A program made the translations under genes and the position numbers. This document shows positions 15,377-27,177 of a DNA stretch of 64,000 bases, piece after piece. This stretch comes from an uncultured SAR86 cluster bacterium. GTDB taxonomy: Bacteria > Pseudomonadota > Gammaproteobacteria > Magnimaribacterales > D2472. The DNA is taken from assembly GCA_902591665.1 (NCBI GenBank), contig CACJBO010000006.1, forward strand, positions 2,281 to 66,280. Direction: 5' to 3'. The notes under the pieces are model-generated. The model was not told the origin of the DNA and ran no database searches. It was given only the letters and a program-made list of their open reading frames with translations. Position 1 is the first letter of the stretch. The number at the start of each line of letters is the position of its first letter.

Positions 15377-16123
15377 TTAATTCATAGCTCCATCTGTAGT
15401 GATAATTTCTTTTTTATCCTTCAACAGCATTGTCTTAATTTCACCAATTGCTTTATTTGGATTTAATCCTTTAGGACATACGCTTACACAATTCATAATT
15501 CCATGACATCTATAAACACTGAATGGGTCTGATAAATCTTCAAGTCTCTCATTAGTTTTTAAATCTCTTGTATCGGCAAGAAATCTATATGCTTGAAGTA
15601 AAGCAGCAGGTCCTAAAAATTTATCTGGATTCCACCAAAAAGATGGGCAACTTGTTGAGCAACAGGCACACAATATGCATTCATATAGTCCATCTAGTTT
15701 ATCTCTGTCTTCTGGAGACTGAAGTCTTTCTTGTTCTGGAGCAGTAGTACTATTTTGAAGAAAGGGTTTAATTTTTTCGTACTGTGCATAGAACTCTGTC
15801 ATATCAACAACCAAATCTCTAATAACTGGCAATCCTGGTAATGGTCTAAGTTCAATTTTGTTTTTCTTTAGAACAGAGGATATTGGTGTTATGCATGCAA
15901 GGCCATTCTTTCCATTTATGTTCATGCCATCTGAACCGCATACCCCTTCTCTACAAGATCTTCTATATGAAATAGATTCATCTTGCTCTTTCAATAGGTG
16001 CAGTAAATCCAAAACCATGATGTCTTTTGAAGGTTTTTCAATCTGATATTGTTTAATGTAAGGAAATTTATCCTCCTCAGGATTATATCTATACATATTT
16101 ACTTCTAAAATATTAGTTGCCAT
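15377..16123 (-). CDS. sdhB: Succinate dehydrogenase iron-sulfur subunit
   Basis: 248 aa. YRYNPEED start region and three Cys clusters (CREGVCGSDG, CILCACCSTSCP, CHGIMNCVSVCP). The ATG directly abuts the sdhA TAG. An alternative ATG exists at 16096. Confidence 0.96.
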   Translation of the reverse strand: MATNILEVNMYRYNPEEDKFPYIKQYQIEKPSKDIMVLDLLHLLKEQDESISYRRSCREGVCGSDGMNINGKNGLACITPISSVLKKNKIELRPLPGLPVIRDLVVDMTEFYAQYEKIKPFLQNSTTAPEQERLQSPEDRDKLDGLYECILCACCSTSCPSFWWNPDKFLGPAALLQAYRFLADTRDLKTNERLEDLSDPFSVYRCHGIMNCVSVCPKGLNPNKAIGEIKTMLLKDKKEIITTDGAMN

Positions 16124-17908
16124 CTAATAAGTCCTTACAATTGGTGGAAACGCCTCAACTTCTGAGGGATTAAAATTTACATCTCTTTTAGAGACTGTTT
16201 TTGATAATGGGTCATATAAAGAATGACATAGCCATCTTTCATCATCTCTATCAGGGAAATCATCTCTAGCATGAGCGCCCCTGCTTTCATCTCTGCTGTA
16301 TGCCGCAATTGCAGTAGCTTCTGCAACCTCAAATAAATTTTGAAGCTCAATTGCTTCTACTCTGCTTGTATTGAAAGCATTACTTTTATCTTTTAAATGA
16401 AGTTGATCAACCTTCTCTCTAATTTCTTGCAGTTCATCAAGGCCTTTTTTCATGTATTCGCCTCTTCTAAAGACTCCAAAATAATTTTGCATACATTGTT
16501 GGAGTTCTTTTTTTACTTCTGCTGTTTCATAACCGCTATCAGAATTATTTAATGTATTTAATCTATCAAGAGCATTATCAATATCATCTTTATCAGCAGA
16601 TTTAACACCGCCACCTGATTTTAAATCTTCTTGAATAAATATTCCTGTAGCCCTTCCAAACACAACTAAATCAAGAAGTGAGTTACCGCCAAGTCTATTT
16701 GCTCCATGTACAGAAACGCATGCTGCTTCACCAGCTGCAAACAAGCCAGGAATAATGGAATCAGTTCCATCAATTCTATTAAAAGCTTGTCCATTAATAT
16801 TAGTTGGAGTGCCGCCCATCATATAGTGACATGTAGGAACAACAGGTATTGGTTCATATATCGGATCTACGTGAGCAAAGGTTCTTGATAGTTCGCATAT
16901 TCCAGGCAATTTTGCATTTAATACATCAGCTCCAAGATGGTCTAGCTTTAAGTAAATGTGATCGTTGTTTTCACCACATCCTCTACCTTCAAGTATTTCA
17001 AGGACCATTGATCTAGCCACGACATCTCTGCCAGCTAGATCTTTAACATTTGGAGCATATCGCTCCATGAATCTTTCGCCATCTTTGTTTATTAAATATC
17101 CGCCCTCACCTCTACAACCTTCGGTAACTAGTGAGCCAGCCCCGTATATTCCAGTTGGATGAAATTGCCACATTTCCATATCTTGCGCCGGATAGCCTGC
17201 CCTTAAAGCCATGGCAAGACCATCACCAGTATTAATTAAAGCATTAGTAGTAGATGCATAAATTCTTCCAGCGCCGCCTGTAGCCATAACCGTAGATTGC
17301 GCTTTTAAATAAGCAACTTCGCCATATTCAATTGAAAATGCAATTACACCAGTGACCTCATTTTGAGCATTTTTAACTATATCTACTGCAAACCACTCGT
17401 TTAAGAAGTTTGTTCCTTCTTTAACATTATTTTGATAGAGAGTATGAAGTAATGCATGTCCTGTTCTATCTGCTGCAGCACAAGTTCTAGCAGCTTGGCC
17501 TCCCTTTCCATAATCTTTTGACTGACCTCCGAATGGTCTTTGATATATTCTCCCATTTTCAAATCTTGAAAATGGTAATCCCATATGCTCTAACTCAAAA
17601 ACTGCCTTTGGTCCTTCTGAGCACAGATACTCTATGGCATCTTGATCACCAATATAATCTGCTCCTTTGACAGTATCATACATATGCCATCTCCAATCAT
17701 CATTTGGATCGGCGCTTTGAATAGCACAAGTTATGCCACCTTGGGCAGAGACTGTATGAGATCTTGTCGGAAAAACTTTAGAGACAACAGCTGTTTTTAA
17801 TCCAGATTTAGCAAGCTCAAGAGATGCTCTCATTCCTGAGCCGCCGCCACCAATAATCAGAGCATCAAATTCTAATGTTTTGATATTTGAAGAATTGTAA
17901 TTAGTCAT
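16124..17908 (-). CDS. sdhA: Succinate dehydrogenase flavoprotein subunit
   Basis: 594 aa. FAD motif [14 protein letters not shown], covalent-FAD His region [10 protein letters not shown], and HPTG motif. Confidence 0.97.
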   Translation of the reverse strand: MTNYNSSNIKTLEFDALIIGGGGSGMRASLELAKSGLKTAVVSKVFPTRSHTVSAQGGITCAIQSADPNDDWRWHMYDTVKGADYIGDQDAIEYLCSEGPKAVFELEHMGLPFSRFENGRIYQRPFGGQSKDYGKGGQAARTCAAADRTGHALLHTLYQNNVKEGTNFLNEWFAVDIVKNAQNEVTGVIAFSIEYGEVAYLKAQSTVMATGGAGRIYASTTNALINTGDGLAMALRAGYPAQDMEMWQFHPTGIYGAGSLVTEGCRGEGGYLINKDGERFMERYAPNVKDLAGRDVVARSMVLEILEGRGCGENNDHIYLKLDHLGADVLNAKLPGICELSRTFAHVDPIYEPIPVVPTCHYMMGGTPTNINGQAFNRIDGTDSIIPGLFAAGEAACVSVHGANRLGGNSLLDLVVFGRATGIFIQEDLKSGGGVKSADKDDIDNALDRLNTLNNSDSGYETAEVKKELQQCMQNYFGVFRRGEYMKKGLDELQEIREKVDQLHLKDKSNAFNTSRVEAIELQNLFEVAEATAIAAYSRDESRGAHARDDFPDRDDERWLCHSLYDPLSKTVSKRDVNFNPSEVEAFPPIVRTY

Positions 17909-17911
17909 GTA

Positions 17912-18262
17912 TTAAAACCAAATAATTAAAATATACATAGCAGCAATCAATACTCCCAGTAAAATAAATATATATTCATAGATTTTTCTTAAGGTATTGG
18001 CAGAGGCTCCCAAACCTGAAGAAATAAAACCCAATGTTCTTTTTGTTAGATAATCAGTTCCAACAGTCCATAAGCCAATATAAGCATGCACACATGCAAG
18101 CAATATAAAAATACTGAGCGAAGCTTTAAATAAGTTGTTGCTATTTAAAAATTGAAAAGTAATTCCACTTGTCCAGAATGTGTACTCTAAATATACAAGA
18201 AATGTAATAAAGTAAATCGCACTATAGCGTTGGAGATACCATGTCAGTCTTCCGCTTTTCAT
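17912..18262 (-). CDS. sdhD: Succinate dehydrogenase membrane anchor subunit
   Basis: Small three-helix hydrophobic protein between sdhC and sdhA. I prefer the ATG at 18262, which forms an ATGA overlap with the sdhC TGA. The ORF track starts 12 nt further upstream at 18274. Confidence 0.85.
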   Translation of the reverse strand: MKSGRLTWYLQRYSAIYFITFLVYLEYTFWTSGITFQFLNSNNLFKASLSIFILLACVHAYIGLWTVGTDYLTKRTLGFISSGLGASANTLRKIYEYIFILLGVLIAAMYILIIWF

Positions 18263-18663
18263 AGCATCACCCATAAAGTTAGTAGAGCGTTAACTGCAAA
18301 TAAAACTAGGGTAGTAACTGCAGACTTGTATGATGAAGACAAGCTTTCATTAAGGATATGGAAATCCATTAAAATATGCCTTACACCAGTGAAAATATGA
18401 TATTGAAAAATTAGAATTAAACCAACGCATACAAATTTAATTCCTAAATTTTTATGATACATAATCACAAAGTTATTAAAAGAATCCTGACTTTGTGTTA
18501 ATTCTGAGAATATAAAAACTGATACAGGAAGTACTATAAAAAATATAAAAATCCCACTTATTCTGTGAGTGATAGATAAAAAAGCTGATAGCGGAAGTTT
18601 TATCTTTAATAGGTTTATGTTTACAGGTCTATTTTGTGTCATTAAGAAAGTGACAAATGTCAT
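18259..18663 (-). CDS. sdhC: Succinate dehydrogenase cytochrome b556 subunit
   Basis: 134 aa. QNRPVNINLLKIKLPLSAFLSITHRISG aligns with E. coli SdhC (KQRPVNLDL...ILHRVSG). An alternative ATG at 18642 would give the more usual length. Confidence 0.88.
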   Translation of the reverse strand: MTFVTFLMTQNRPVNINLLKIKLPLSAFLSITHRISGIFIFFIVLPVSVFIFSELTQSQDSFNNFVIMYHKNLGIKFVCVGLILIFQYHIFTGVRHILMDFHILNESLSSSYKSAVTTLVLFAVNALLTLWVML

Positions 18664-18740
18664 TTTTTTATGTGCTTTATAGCTAAATTATAACCGATTA
18701 TAAGCAATATAAATAAATGAAATTTTAAAAAATATGCTTT

Positions 18741-20117
18741 TTATTTTTTAACATGCTTCATCATTCTTTGTCTTTTCTTAATTTGCCTGTCTGTTAACTT
18801 ATTCACTTTATTTTCAAAAGGGTTATCAGATTTTCTAAAAATTAGTTTCAGCTGAATGCTCTGCAGTTTTAAAGACGATCTAAAAGAATTTTCAAGATAC
18901 TTTTTGTAATTTTGAGGGATTTTTTTATCTTGATTTGAATGAATAACTAAAGTAGTTGGATTGATGCCGCCAAAATGGATGTGCTTAAGCTTCAATTGTC
19001 TTCCATTAACTGATGGAGGAGCACTTTGAGTAGTAAATTTTTCTAAAAGCTTGTTCAATGATGAGGTTGTATATTTCTTTTGAGCGTTTTCGATAACATT
19101 ATTCGTCACCTTAAAAAGCTTTTTAAAACCCCTACCTTTAATACCAGAAATTTCTATTTTAAAAAAATTATCAACAAAATTTGATTGAACTCTTTTTGTC
19201 TCATATAAATCATCTTTTTGTCTTTTTGTAAGCAAGTCCATTTTATTGAATGCCAAAACAAGTGGCTTGCCCATTTCAGATATCATATTTATTATCTTCA
19301 AGTCCTGATCAACAAGCCCTTCACTTGCATCACACATAAATATAACTACATCACAAGTCTCAACAGAATGCATCGCTCTTACATATGAGAAATACTCTAT
19401 CTTATGAGCATTTCTGTAACCTTTTCTTATACCTGCAGTATCTATGAAGATAAAATCATCATCATTTACAGAGAAAGGTATGCTGATCGCATCAATGGTA
19501 GTTCCTGCTATTTCAGAAACAATCAGTCTATCTTCTCTTATGAACTTATTTATAAAAGTTGATTTGCCAGCGTTGGGTCTACCTAAAATTGCTATTTTTT
19601 TCCCTTCGGGCACCTGTGTTTTATTACTTGGAAGTGATTTCTTGATAAACGATCTTAAATCAAGGAGGTTTTTGCTGTGCTCTGCACTAATCTCAAAAAA
19701 ATTTTTAATACCTTTTTTATTTAAATCTTCTTTAATTAAAGCGTCTGATTTTTTATCTATTTTATTTAGAACTGTTATGAAAGTTTTATTTAATTTTCTT
19801 AATCTTGAAAGAATATCTAAATCTTCTTTGTTTAGATTTTGCGATCCATCAAGGAGAAATATAATTAAACTTGATTCCTCAGCTGCAATCCATGCTTGCT
19901 CTGCAATATCTTCTTTTAAGATGGTATCATCCTGAGCTATTCCACCTGTATCAATTAATAAACTTTTTTGTTCTCCGAAGGATATATATCCATAATTTCT
20001 GTCCTTTGTTAAACCAGAAAAGTCAGAGACTATTGCTTGCCTAGATTTTGTTAATTTGTTGAAAAGTGTTGATTTTCCAACATTAGGTCTTCCTATAATT
20101 GCTATTGATGTAAACAT
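18741..20117 (-). CDS. der: Ribosome-associated GTPase Der (EngA), tandem GTPase domains
   Basis: 458 aa with two P-loops (GRPNVGKST, GRPNAGKST) and a KH-like C-terminus. bamB-der synteny. Confidence 0.95.
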   Translation of the reverse strand: MFTSIAIIGRPNVGKSTLFNKLTKSRQAIVSDFSGLTKDRNYGYISFGEQKSLLIDTGGIAQDDTILKEDIAEQAWIAAEESSLIIFLLDGSQNLNKEDLDILSRLRKLNKTFITVLNKIDKKSDALIKEDLNKKGIKNFFEISAEHSKNLLDLRSFIKKSLPSNKTQVPEGKKIAILGRPNAGKSTFINKFIREDRLIVSEIAGTTIDAISIPFSVNDDDFIFIDTAGIRKGYRNAHKIEYFSYVRAMHSVETCDVVIFMCDASEGLVDQDLKIINMISEMGKPLVLAFNKMDLLTKRQKDDLYETKRVQSNFVDNFFKIEISGIKGRGFKKLFKVTNNVIENAQKKYTTSSLNKLLEKFTTQSAPPSVNGRQLKLKHIHFGGINPTTLVIHSNQDKKIPQNYKKYLENSFRSSLKLQSIQLKLIFRKSDNPFENKVNKLTDRQIKKRQRMMKHVKK

Positions 20118-20131
20118 GACTAATTATCATT

Positions 20132-21307
20132 CTATATGCTTAATGAATATAAATTAAAGGACTCATCAACAGCATAGAAATTTTTACTTCTACTTATAAT
20201 CTTTTTAATAGGTTTTTTTGAAATTTTCTTTCTACCAATTGTTTTTCCATTTAATGGATCGATTACATGAATATATCCCTCATAATCACCAACTAACGTA
20301 TAGCCAGAAAAACTTATTGGATTTGATAGCTGTCTATTTAAATATTCATCTGATGTCCATGACTCTTCGAGTGTTTTTGTAAAGAAAGATCTTAGATTTG
20401 ACTTTGATTCAACCAATACAATTAATCCTTTTATCAAAAGTGGAGAATAAAAAGAGGATGCTTCAGATTGCCAGATAGCTCTTTTTTGAGCAATATCAAA
20501 CAGAGTTAAGTTTCCTTGATAATTGGTTGTATATACAACTCCAGCTTCAACAATTGGATCTGAATCAGAATCAATTAAATTCTCTAGCTCTGATGCTCCT
20601 CTAACATATGAAATAGCTCCATCCCATATAGGAAAGCCTGAATCAAGCTCAAAAACTCCCAGTCTTCCATTATCAAAGGTAACATAAACATTATCATCCT
20701 CAATTACAGGGCTGCTGCTACCTCTTATTGTTAGTGCTGGTAGTTTAGATCTATATGACCATAAGATTTCACCATTAGATTTGTCTAGAGCAATTAACTC
20801 TCCGGAGCCTGTTTTTACAATAATAAATTTTGCATCAATTGCAGGGGGTGATAACACTTCACCTTTTAAATTAACAGTCCACAAAACAGAGCCATTATCT
20901 TGATTCAATGAAATCATGTTTCCTTGAACATCAGCGACAACAATTATTCCAAAACCTGCTGCAACACCAGACGATAGCTCACCAACTTCCTGCTCCCACT
21001 GAATATTGCCAGAGTTAGAATCTATTGATTTTATATTTCCATTTACATCAGCAAAAAAAATGCTTTTTGAACTAAAGGCAGGAACAAAATTTCCCAATAG
21101 GTTATCGCCTGAAAAAGATCTGTTCCAATCAACATTAATATTTATTGCATTCTTAATAGCCTCCAAAACGACAGGCTCATCTGGATCAATCTCATCACTT
21201 CCCCAAAACTTTAAAGAACTCAAAGAAGAGCATGATGAAACAATAAAAAGCATAAAAAATATTACTAAATATTTATTAGCTTTTGGATAAAATTTATTTT
21301 TTAACAT
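20132..21307 (-). CDS. bamB: Outer membrane protein assembly factor BamB
   Basis: 391 aa. Lipoprotein signal peptide (LFIVSSC) followed by a repetitive beta-propeller-like sequence. Located between yfgM and der as in other gammaproteobacteria. Confidence 0.85.
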   Translation of the reverse strand: MLKNKFYPKANKYLVIFFMLFIVSSCSSLSSLKFWGSDEIDPDEPVVLEAIKNAININVDWNRSFSGDNLLGNFVPAFSSKSIFFADVNGNIKSIDSNSGNIQWEQEVGELSSGVAAGFGIIVVADVQGNMISLNQDNGSVLWTVNLKGEVLSPPAIDAKFIIVKTGSGELIALDKSNGEILWSYRSKLPALTIRGSSSPVIEDDNVYVTFDNGRLGVFELDSGFPIWDGAISYVRGASELENLIDSDSDPIVEAGVVYTTNYQGNLTLFDIAQKRAIWQSEASSFYSPLLIKGLIVLVESKSNLRSFFTKTLEESWTSDEYLNRQLSNPISFSGYTLVGDYEGYIHVIDPLNGKTIGRKKISKKPIKKIISRSKNFYAVDESFNLYSLSI

Positions 21308-21309
21308 TT

Positions 21310-21948
21310 TTATATTGTTAAATTTGATATTTTCATTGAGATAATAGAAATAGAAGTATCATCAGTATATTTTTCTTTAGCAAGATTGTACTGCTCTCTA
21401 GCAAGTTCTAATTTATTTTGCTTTTGTAAAATATCGCCTATAAGCTCATGAATAACAGCATTTGACGAAGAATATTTATCTAAGATTATTAATGCATCCT
21501 CATAATTTTCTTGGGCATACATAATTCTTGCAGCATTAATACTTGCTATTTTGTTAAATAATTTGTTTCCGCCAATACCTTCTGTACTTTCTTTTAGCAA
21601 AAGAAAATAATTCAATGCCGATTCTAAATCACCATTATTTGCCTTAACAGATGCATGTTTAAGTAACGCTATATTTCCATATCCTGTTTTTTTATAAGAA
21701 CTAATTAAATCTGCAAATAATTCTTCTGAAATTATTTTACCCTCATCAGTTTCTGTCTCTTGAGCAATCCATTTATTGTATATTTCAGCAGCCTCTAAAT
21801 TATTCATCTTTGCAATTTGATTATTAATTAAATAAGCAGAAATTATTAAGATCACCAATGCAGCAATACCAAGAATTACTTTTCTGTAATTCATATAAAA
21901 ATTACGTATTGACGTTATTGCTGCATTATTTTCAAAAACTTCGTTCAT
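21310..21948 (-). CDS. yfgM: YfgM-like membrane-anchored TPR protein (ancillary SecYEG subunit family)
   Basis: 212 aa with a single N-terminal TM helix and a helical repeat region. Called mainly from the conserved position between hisS and bamB. Confidence 0.72.
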   Translation of the reverse strand: MNEVFENNAAITSIRNFYMNYRKVILGIAALVILIISAYLINNQIAKMNNLEAAEIYNKWIAQETETDEGKIISEELFADLISSYKKTGYGNIALLKHASVKANNGDLESALNYFLLLKESTEGIGGNKLFNKIASINAARIMYAQENYEDALIILDKYSSSNAVIHELIGDILQKQNKLELAREQYNLAKEKYTDDTSISIISMKISNLTI

Positions 21949-21963
21949 AAGTATTTCCTCGAT

Positions 21964-23241
21964 CTATAGAGTTTTATAAAAACTATATAAATCTTCAATT
22001 GAGACAGTTTGTTGCTCCTTAAGTTCATCATTCAAGGGCTTTATAACTGCAGTTTTATTATTAAACTCTTCTTCGCCAATAATAATTACGTAGTCGGAAT
22101 TATTTTTATTCGCTTTTCTCATCTTCGATTTAAGACTTCCTTCTGATAAATGAATATCAAGAACAACTTCTTTATTAATTGATCTAAGATGGTGCGCTAT
22201 TTTATATGCTTTTGGTTCTAAATTACTAGCTGCGATAACAAAAGAAACCAATTTTCTGTTTGGCTTTTGCAGGTTTGCAATATTTGCTAACCTTTCAAGT
22301 CCAATGGCCATGCCAATGGCAGGCAAGTCTTTTCCTCCAAGTTGAGAGCAAAGTTGGTCATATCTACCACCACCTAAGAATGAATCTTGTGCGCCTAGCT
22401 CTGATGATATCGCCTCAAATACAAAACCAGAATAATAATCTAAACCCCTGACCAAATTATGGTCGATTTCAATTTTACATATATCTGAGAACTCGTATTT
22501 AATTGAATCAAGCATTTCAATTGAAGCTCTATCAATAAACTCTCTTATAGAGGGTGCATTTTTTAGAATTACCTGTGTTTCAGAATTTTTTGAATCAAGG
22601 ACTCTTAATGGGTTTTTATTAAGTCTTTCTAAGTCTTTTGCATCGAGATCTTTTTTAAATGGTTCCAAAAACTCAACAAGTGCTTTACAAAAAGATTCTT
22701 TATTCTCTCTAGTCCCCAAGTGGTTAATTTTGATGCAACAATTTTTAAGTTTAAATTGATCAATAACATTACATACTACTGAAATCATTTCATATTCCGG
22801 CAAACCCTCTGGTATGCCAAGTATTTCAATACCGGCTTGATTGAATTGTCTATATCTGCCCTTTTGTGGTCTCTCATATCTCCACATAGGGCCTACATAC
22901 CATAACTTATGATTTGCCTGATCTAATTTCTTCTCAATGATTGATCTAATTACACTTGCAGTTCCCTCGGGTCTCATTGCAATAGTTTTATCATTCCTAT
23001 CATTGAAAGAATAAATTTCTTTATTAACAATATCTGAAGAGCCGCCAACACTCCTTTTGAATAAGTTTGCATCTTCCAGAACAGGAGTACGTATTTCTTG
23101 GAATTTATAATTTATGAATATATTTTTAATTACTTTTTCTACTTCAAACAGTTTTGATGATGCATTAGCCATATCACCATCGTCATACTGATCTAGCATG
23201 CCTGTTAATGATTGAATTTTATCCAATTTATCCCCTTGCAA
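21964..23241 (-). CDS. hisS: Histidyl-tRNA synthetase
   Basis: 425 aa. [13 protein letters not shown] and EIRTPVLE align with the E. coli HisRS N-terminus. Class II motifs are present. Confidence 0.95.
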   Translation of the reverse strand: MQGDKLDKIQSLTGMLDQYDDGDMANASSKLFEVEKVIKNIFINYKFQEIRTPVLEDANLFKRSVGGSSDIVNKEIYSFNDRNDKTIAMRPEGTASVIRSIIEKKLDQANHKLWYVGPMWRYERPQKGRYRQFNQAGIEILGIPEGLPEYEMISVVCNVIDQFKLKNCCIKINHLGTRENKESFCKALVEFLEPFKKDLDAKDLERLNKNPLRVLDSKNSETQVILKNAPSIREFIDRASIEMLDSIKYEFSDICKIEIDHNLVRGLDYYSGFVFEAISSELGAQDSFLGGGRYDQLCSQLGGKDLPAIGMAIGLERLANIANLQKPNRKLVSFVIAASNLEPKAYKIAHHLRSINKEVVLDIHLSEGSLKSKMRKANKNNSDYVIIIGEEEFNNKTAVIKPLNDELKEQQTVSIEDLYSFYKTL

Positions 23242-24328
23242 TAATATCTTGTGAGCTTCTTAGTGACAGTTTTTCTCTTACTTTTTCTTCTATTTCTTTG
23301 ACTAAATTCTCACTGCTAATTTTTTTATCTGGTATGCCGTCAACATAAAGTAAATTTTTTGGACTTGCTCCGGTTAAACCAATTTCTGCTGCCTTACTTT
23401 CTCCAGGACCATTTACATAACAACCGATAATTGCAACCTCTATATCTTCAGATATGTCCTCTAATTTCTCTTCCAACTCATTAACCACCTCAATAACATT
23501 AAAGTTTTGTCTAGAGCAGCTTGGACATGCAATAATTTTCACCCCCCTGCTTCTAATGTTAAGACTTTTTAAGATATCCCAGCCAACTTTAATCTCATCA
23601 ACTGGGTTAGATGCTAGTGATATTCTAATAGTATCTCCTATGCCTTCAGACAAAAGCATCCCAACTCCAATAGAAGATTTTACTGTACCGGCACGAAAAC
23701 TTCCTGCTTCAGTAATGCCTAAATGAAGTGGCTGATTAATCAGATTAGATATTTTTCTATAAGCTTCAACTGTCATCTCAATGTTTGAAGCTTTGAGGCT
23801 CATTTTGTAATTATCAAAATTAAATCTATCTAATATGTCCACATGTCTTAGAGCTGACTCTACCAGCGCATCAGCATTGGGTTCGCCGTATTTTTTTTGT
23901 AAATCTTTTTCAAGTGAACCAGCATTTACTCCAACTCTTATTGGAACATCATTATCTAGTGCAGCAGTAATAACTTCTTTAATTTTTGATTCTTTTCCAA
24001 TATTGCCTGGATTGATTCTTAAGCAATCAGCAGAATCAGCAACCTCAATAGCAATCTTATAATCAAAATGTATATCAGCTACTAAAGGAATGGTTACAAT
24101 ACTTTTGATTTCTTTAAAGGCTTTAGCTTCATCAAAACCAGGAACAGATACTCTTACTATATCTGCACCTGCAGCTTGCAATTCATTTATTTGATTCACA
24201 GTAGACAGAACATCTAAGGTATTGGTGTTAGTCATAGACTGAATTGCAATTGGGTTATCTCCACCAATAGGCACACCCCCAACATTAACAACAGAGGTTT
24301 CTTTTCTTTTAATCCAATTACTCATCAT
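23228..24328 (-). CDS. ispG: HMBPP synthase (4-hydroxy-3-methylbut-2-enyl diphosphate synthase)
   Basis: 366 aa with typical IspG Cys ligands ([17 protein letters not shown]). rodZ-ispG-hisS synteny. Confidence 0.95.
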   Translation of the reverse strand: MMSNWIKRKETSVVNVGGVPIGGDNPIAIQSMTNTNTLDVLSTVNQINELQAAGADIVRVSVPGFDEAKAFKEIKSIVTIPLVADIHFDYKIAIEVADSADCLRINPGNIGKESKIKEVITAALDNDVPIRVGVNAGSLEKDLQKKYGEPNADALVESALRHVDILDRFNFDNYKMSLKASNIEMTVEAYRKISNLINQPLHLGITEAGSFRAGTVKSSIGVGMLLSEGIGDTIRISLASNPVDEIKVGWDILKSLNIRSRGVKIIACPSCSRQNFNVIEVVNELEEKLEDISEDIEVAIIGCYVNGPGESKAAEIGLTGASPKNLLYVDGIPDKKISSENLVKEIEEKVREKLSLRSSQDIIARG

Positions 24329-25082
24329 TAAACATAACAGTACTTACATTAAGTCTATTAGCATTAGTAATAAAATCAATGTTATTGCCATTATATGAAG
24401 CTTCTATAGCTTCTGCGTTGCCAACAACAATTTTAAAAGGTCTTTCAATCTCAAATTCAAAGCTATCTCCATATTTGAATAACTTATTAATTATCAACTC
24501 ATCATAAGCATATATTTCAATCCAGCATTCATCAAAGAAACTAAAAACAAGCTTATTTGGAATATTAATTAAGGGCTTCTCTTCTGTTATATTTGCAGGG
24601 GCTTCTATTAAATTATTAAAATTAACAGCTTCATCAATTTTATCTAATTCGTTGTTGGAAAAATTTTCTTTTACTGGCGATTGATCATTGTTCTTGGTTT
24701 CTTTGGAAAAGCTGATATTTATATATACGGCCACAATAATGATAATTACTATAAACCCTGCTACTTTAATGATTGGTATTAATGAAGGGTTTATTTTATC
24801 AATAGACTCTTTAATGATTTTATCTTTTCTATTGTTGTTCTCATATAGTGGTGGAAACTCACATTCTATTGATAAAAAATCTTGGTATTTAGTAAAGTAT
24901 GCTCTAGCAAAGACTTCGCTTGGAAAGACAGAATAATCACCTGACTCTATTGCATTAATATATCTAATATTCATAAACGCACTATTAGAAACTTCAACCT
25001 TGGTTAAACCAAGCTCTTTTCGCGCTACCTTAAAAACTTTACCAATTTTTGCTGATCTGGCTGACTTTAAATTTTCTGTCAT
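24318..25082 (-). CDS. rodZ: Cytoskeleton protein RodZ
   Basis: 254 aa. N-terminal XRE-type HTH, one TM helix ([15 protein letters not shown]), and a C-terminal beta domain. Located between rlmN and ispG. Confidence 0.8.
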   Translation of the reverse strand: MTENLKSARSAKIGKVFKVARKELGLTKVEVSNSAFMNIRYINAIESGDYSVFPSEVFARAYFTKYQDFLSIECEFPPLYENNNRKDKIIKESIDKINPSLIPIIKVAGFIVIIIIVAVYINISFSKETKNNDQSPVKENFSNNELDKIDEAVNFNNLIEAPANITEEKPLINIPNKLVFSFFDECWIEIYAYDELIINKLFKYGDSFEFEIERPFKIVVGNAEAIEASYNGNNIDFITNANRLNVSTVMFNDE

Positions 25083-26164
25083 GATATGAGTTTATGAGAT
25101 ATGAGTTTCTTACCTTTAATCGATTTATTTAATTTACCAACAAGCTGGCCACATGCACCGTCAATTGCATCTCCTCTTGTAACCCTTAATGTTGTTATAA
25201 AACCTTTATCCATAAGAATTTTCTTAAAATTTTCAATAGTCTTTCTTTTAGAGCGCCTATAGCTTGAGCCCTCAAAAGGATTGAAAGGTATTAAATTAAT
25301 TTTACACGATATATTTGATAATAGTTTTGCTAGTTTTCTTGCCAATTCTTCTGAATCATTAATACCATCTATCAAAATATATTCTATGGTTATGCTTCTT
25401 TTACCATCATAGCTTTTTAAGTAGTTGTCGCATGAATTCATTAAATTGCTTATTGGGTATTTCTTATTTATTGGAACTATCTCATCTCTCAATTCGTTTG
25501 TTGGCGCATGAAGAGATATAGCTAAAGAGACGTCTATTTCATCGCATAACTTATCTATTTGAGGTGTTATACCCGAAGTGCTTATAGTTATTCTTTTCCT
25601 TGAAAGCCCGTATGCAAGTTGTTCCTTCATTATCTTTGCCGATTCAATAACAGGTTCAAAATTTAACAGTGGTTCACCCATACCCATAAATACTACATTG
25701 GTAATTGGAGGTTCATCTTCTTGATAAAAGTTAGCAAGCCATAGCTGGCCAATAATTTCATCAGGAGTAAGATTTGTTTCAAAACCTTGTGCTCCAGTGG
25801 CACAAAAAGTGCACTGAAGAGCACAGCCTGCCTGTGATGATATGCAGAGAGTCATTCTTTTCTTTTCAGGAATTCTTACCATTTCAATCATGGATCCTGA
25901 TTCAAGTTTTACCAAATACTTAATTGTCCCCTCAGGAGATTTGTAAACCTTTTCAACCATTGGTGTTCTAAGACAAGCTACTAGTTCAAGCTTCTCTCTG
26001 AGAATTTTATTGAAGTCAGTCATCTGACTAAAATCAAGGATACCTTTCTGATGAACCCATTTAATTAATTGTTTAGCCCTGAATTTAGGCTCATCGATAT
26101 CATTAAAAAAAACTTCTAGGGATTCAAGAGAATACCCTAGGAGATTTATTTTTTTATCAGACAA
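25079..26164 (-). CDS. rlmN: Radical SAM 23S rRNA/tRNA A-C2 methyltransferase RlmN
   Basis: 361 aa with radical SAM motif CALQCTFCATG and a C-terminal GACGQL. ndk-rlmN synteny. Confidence 0.94.
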   Translation of the reverse strand: MSDKKINLLGYSLESLEVFFNDIDEPKFRAKQLIKWVHQKGILDFSQMTDFNKILREKLELVACLRTPMVEKVYKSPEGTIKYLVKLESGSMIEMVRIPEKKRMTLCISSQAGCALQCTFCATGAQGFETNLTPDEIIGQLWLANFYQEDEPPITNVVFMGMGEPLLNFEPVIESAKIMKEQLAYGLSRKRITISTSGITPQIDKLCDEIDVSLAISLHAPTNELRDEIVPINKKYPISNLMNSCDNYLKSYDGKRSITIEYILIDGINDSEELARKLAKLLSNISCKINLIPFNPFEGSSYRRSKRKTIENFKKILMDKGFITTLRVTRGDAIDGACGQLVGKLNKSIKGKKLISHKLIS

Positions 26165-26167
26165 AAT

Positions 26168-26593
26168 TTATTTAGATACTATTTCTTCTTCGGTGAAAAA
26201 ATAATTTATTTCCCTTACAGCGCTTGTTGCAGAATCAGATCCGTGAACAGCATTAGCATCTATGCTGTTTGCAAAATCTGCTCTTATTGTTCCAGGATCG
26301 GCTTCTTGTGGGTTAGTACTGCCCATAAGTTCTCTATTTTTTTGGATTGCTCCCTCGCCTTCAAGCACCTGAACAAAAACTGGACCAGATGTCATGAACT
26401 TTTTAAGATCATTGAAAAAAGGTCTACCTTCGTGTTCAGCATAAAATCCTGATGCCATTTCATCATCAAGCTGTATTAGTTTTCCGGCAACAATATGAAG
26501 ACCATTGTCCTCAAATCTGGAGATTATTTTGCCAATAATATTCTTTGATACTGCATCTGGTTTGATTATAGATAGTGTGCGTTCTGTTGCCAT
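26168..26593 (-). CDS. ndk: Nucleoside diphosphate kinase
   Basis: 141 aa. [12 protein letters not shown] and NAVHGSDS active-site motifs. Confidence 0.97.
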   Translation of the reverse strand: MATERTLSIIKPDAVSKNIIGKIISRFEDNGLHIVAGKLIQLDDEMASGFYAEHEGRPFFNDLKKFMTSGPVFVQVLEGEGAIQKNRELMGSTNPQEADPGTIRADFANSIDANAVHGSDSATSAVREINYFFTEEEIVSK

Positions 26594-26633
26594 TTTGAAT
26601 TCCTTATAAAAAATTTTAGCTATTATATGAAAG

Positions 26634-26837
26634 TTATTTGGATTCTTCTATCCATAACATCTGAATAGCTTCAAGAATTTTTTCATTTGATTTGTTTGGA
26701 TCTCCAACAAATCCATCTAGGTTGCAAATTTTATTATGTAGATCAGGAAAACTTATCCATTGAGGATCAATTTCTGGAAATTTTTCTGAAAGCTCGATAG
26801 CGATATCATTTGTATCCAACCAATCTATACTATTCAT
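26634..26837 (-). CDS. iscX: Fe-S assembly protein IscX
   Basis: 67 aa. ...[20 protein letters not shown] matches the E. coli IscX C-terminus ([20 protein letters not shown]). Confidence 0.9.
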   Translation of the reverse strand: MNSIDWLDTNDIAIELSEKFPEIDPQWISFPDLHNKICNLDGFVGDPNKSNEKILEAIQMLWIEESK

Positions 26838-27175
26838 TAGTGATTCTCTGAAACCATATTAATATTGTATTTAGGTATTTCAATTTCAATATCTTCATCT
26901 TTTGGTATTGCCTGACAACTAAGTCTTGATGTTTGCTCAAGTCCCCATGCTTTATCTAGAAGGTCTTCTTCGATTTCAGTTGCTTCATCTAAACTATCAA
27001 AGCCTTTTCGAACAATACAATGACAGGTTGTGCATGCTGCAGACATCTCACATGCATGCTCTATTTGTATACCATTTCTTAGAGCCGCCTCACATATAGT
27101 TTCATCAGGCTGATTTTCGATTAAAGCTCCTTCTGGACAAAGGTCTTCATGAGGTAAGATTTTTATTTTAGGCAT
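26837..27175 (-). CDS. fdx: ISC-system [2Fe-2S] ferredoxin
   Basis: 112 aa. MPKIKILPHEDLCPEGA...HACEMSAACTTCHCIV...SRLSCQA is nearly colinear with E. coli Fdx. Confidence 0.95.
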   Translation of the reverse strand: MPKIKILPHEDLCPEGALIENQPDETICEAALRNGIQIEHACEMSAACTTCHCIVRKGFDSLDEATEIEEDLLDKAWGLEQTSRLSCQAIPKDEDIEIEIPKYNINMVSENH

Positions 27176-27177
27176 TG

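Noticed and set aside
19444-19935. A 163-aa plus-strand ORF, the longest of many antisense ORFs in the track. Others are at 42082..42483, 8806..9171, 10623..10973, 2428..2679, 3013..3258 and elsewhere.
   Set aside because: Each lies entirely inside a strongly recognisable minus-strand gene (der, yebC, sucC, lpdA, murJ and others). Their translations are low-complexity and Ser/Leu/Ile-rich with no recognisable motifs. They are shadow ORFs of the real genes.
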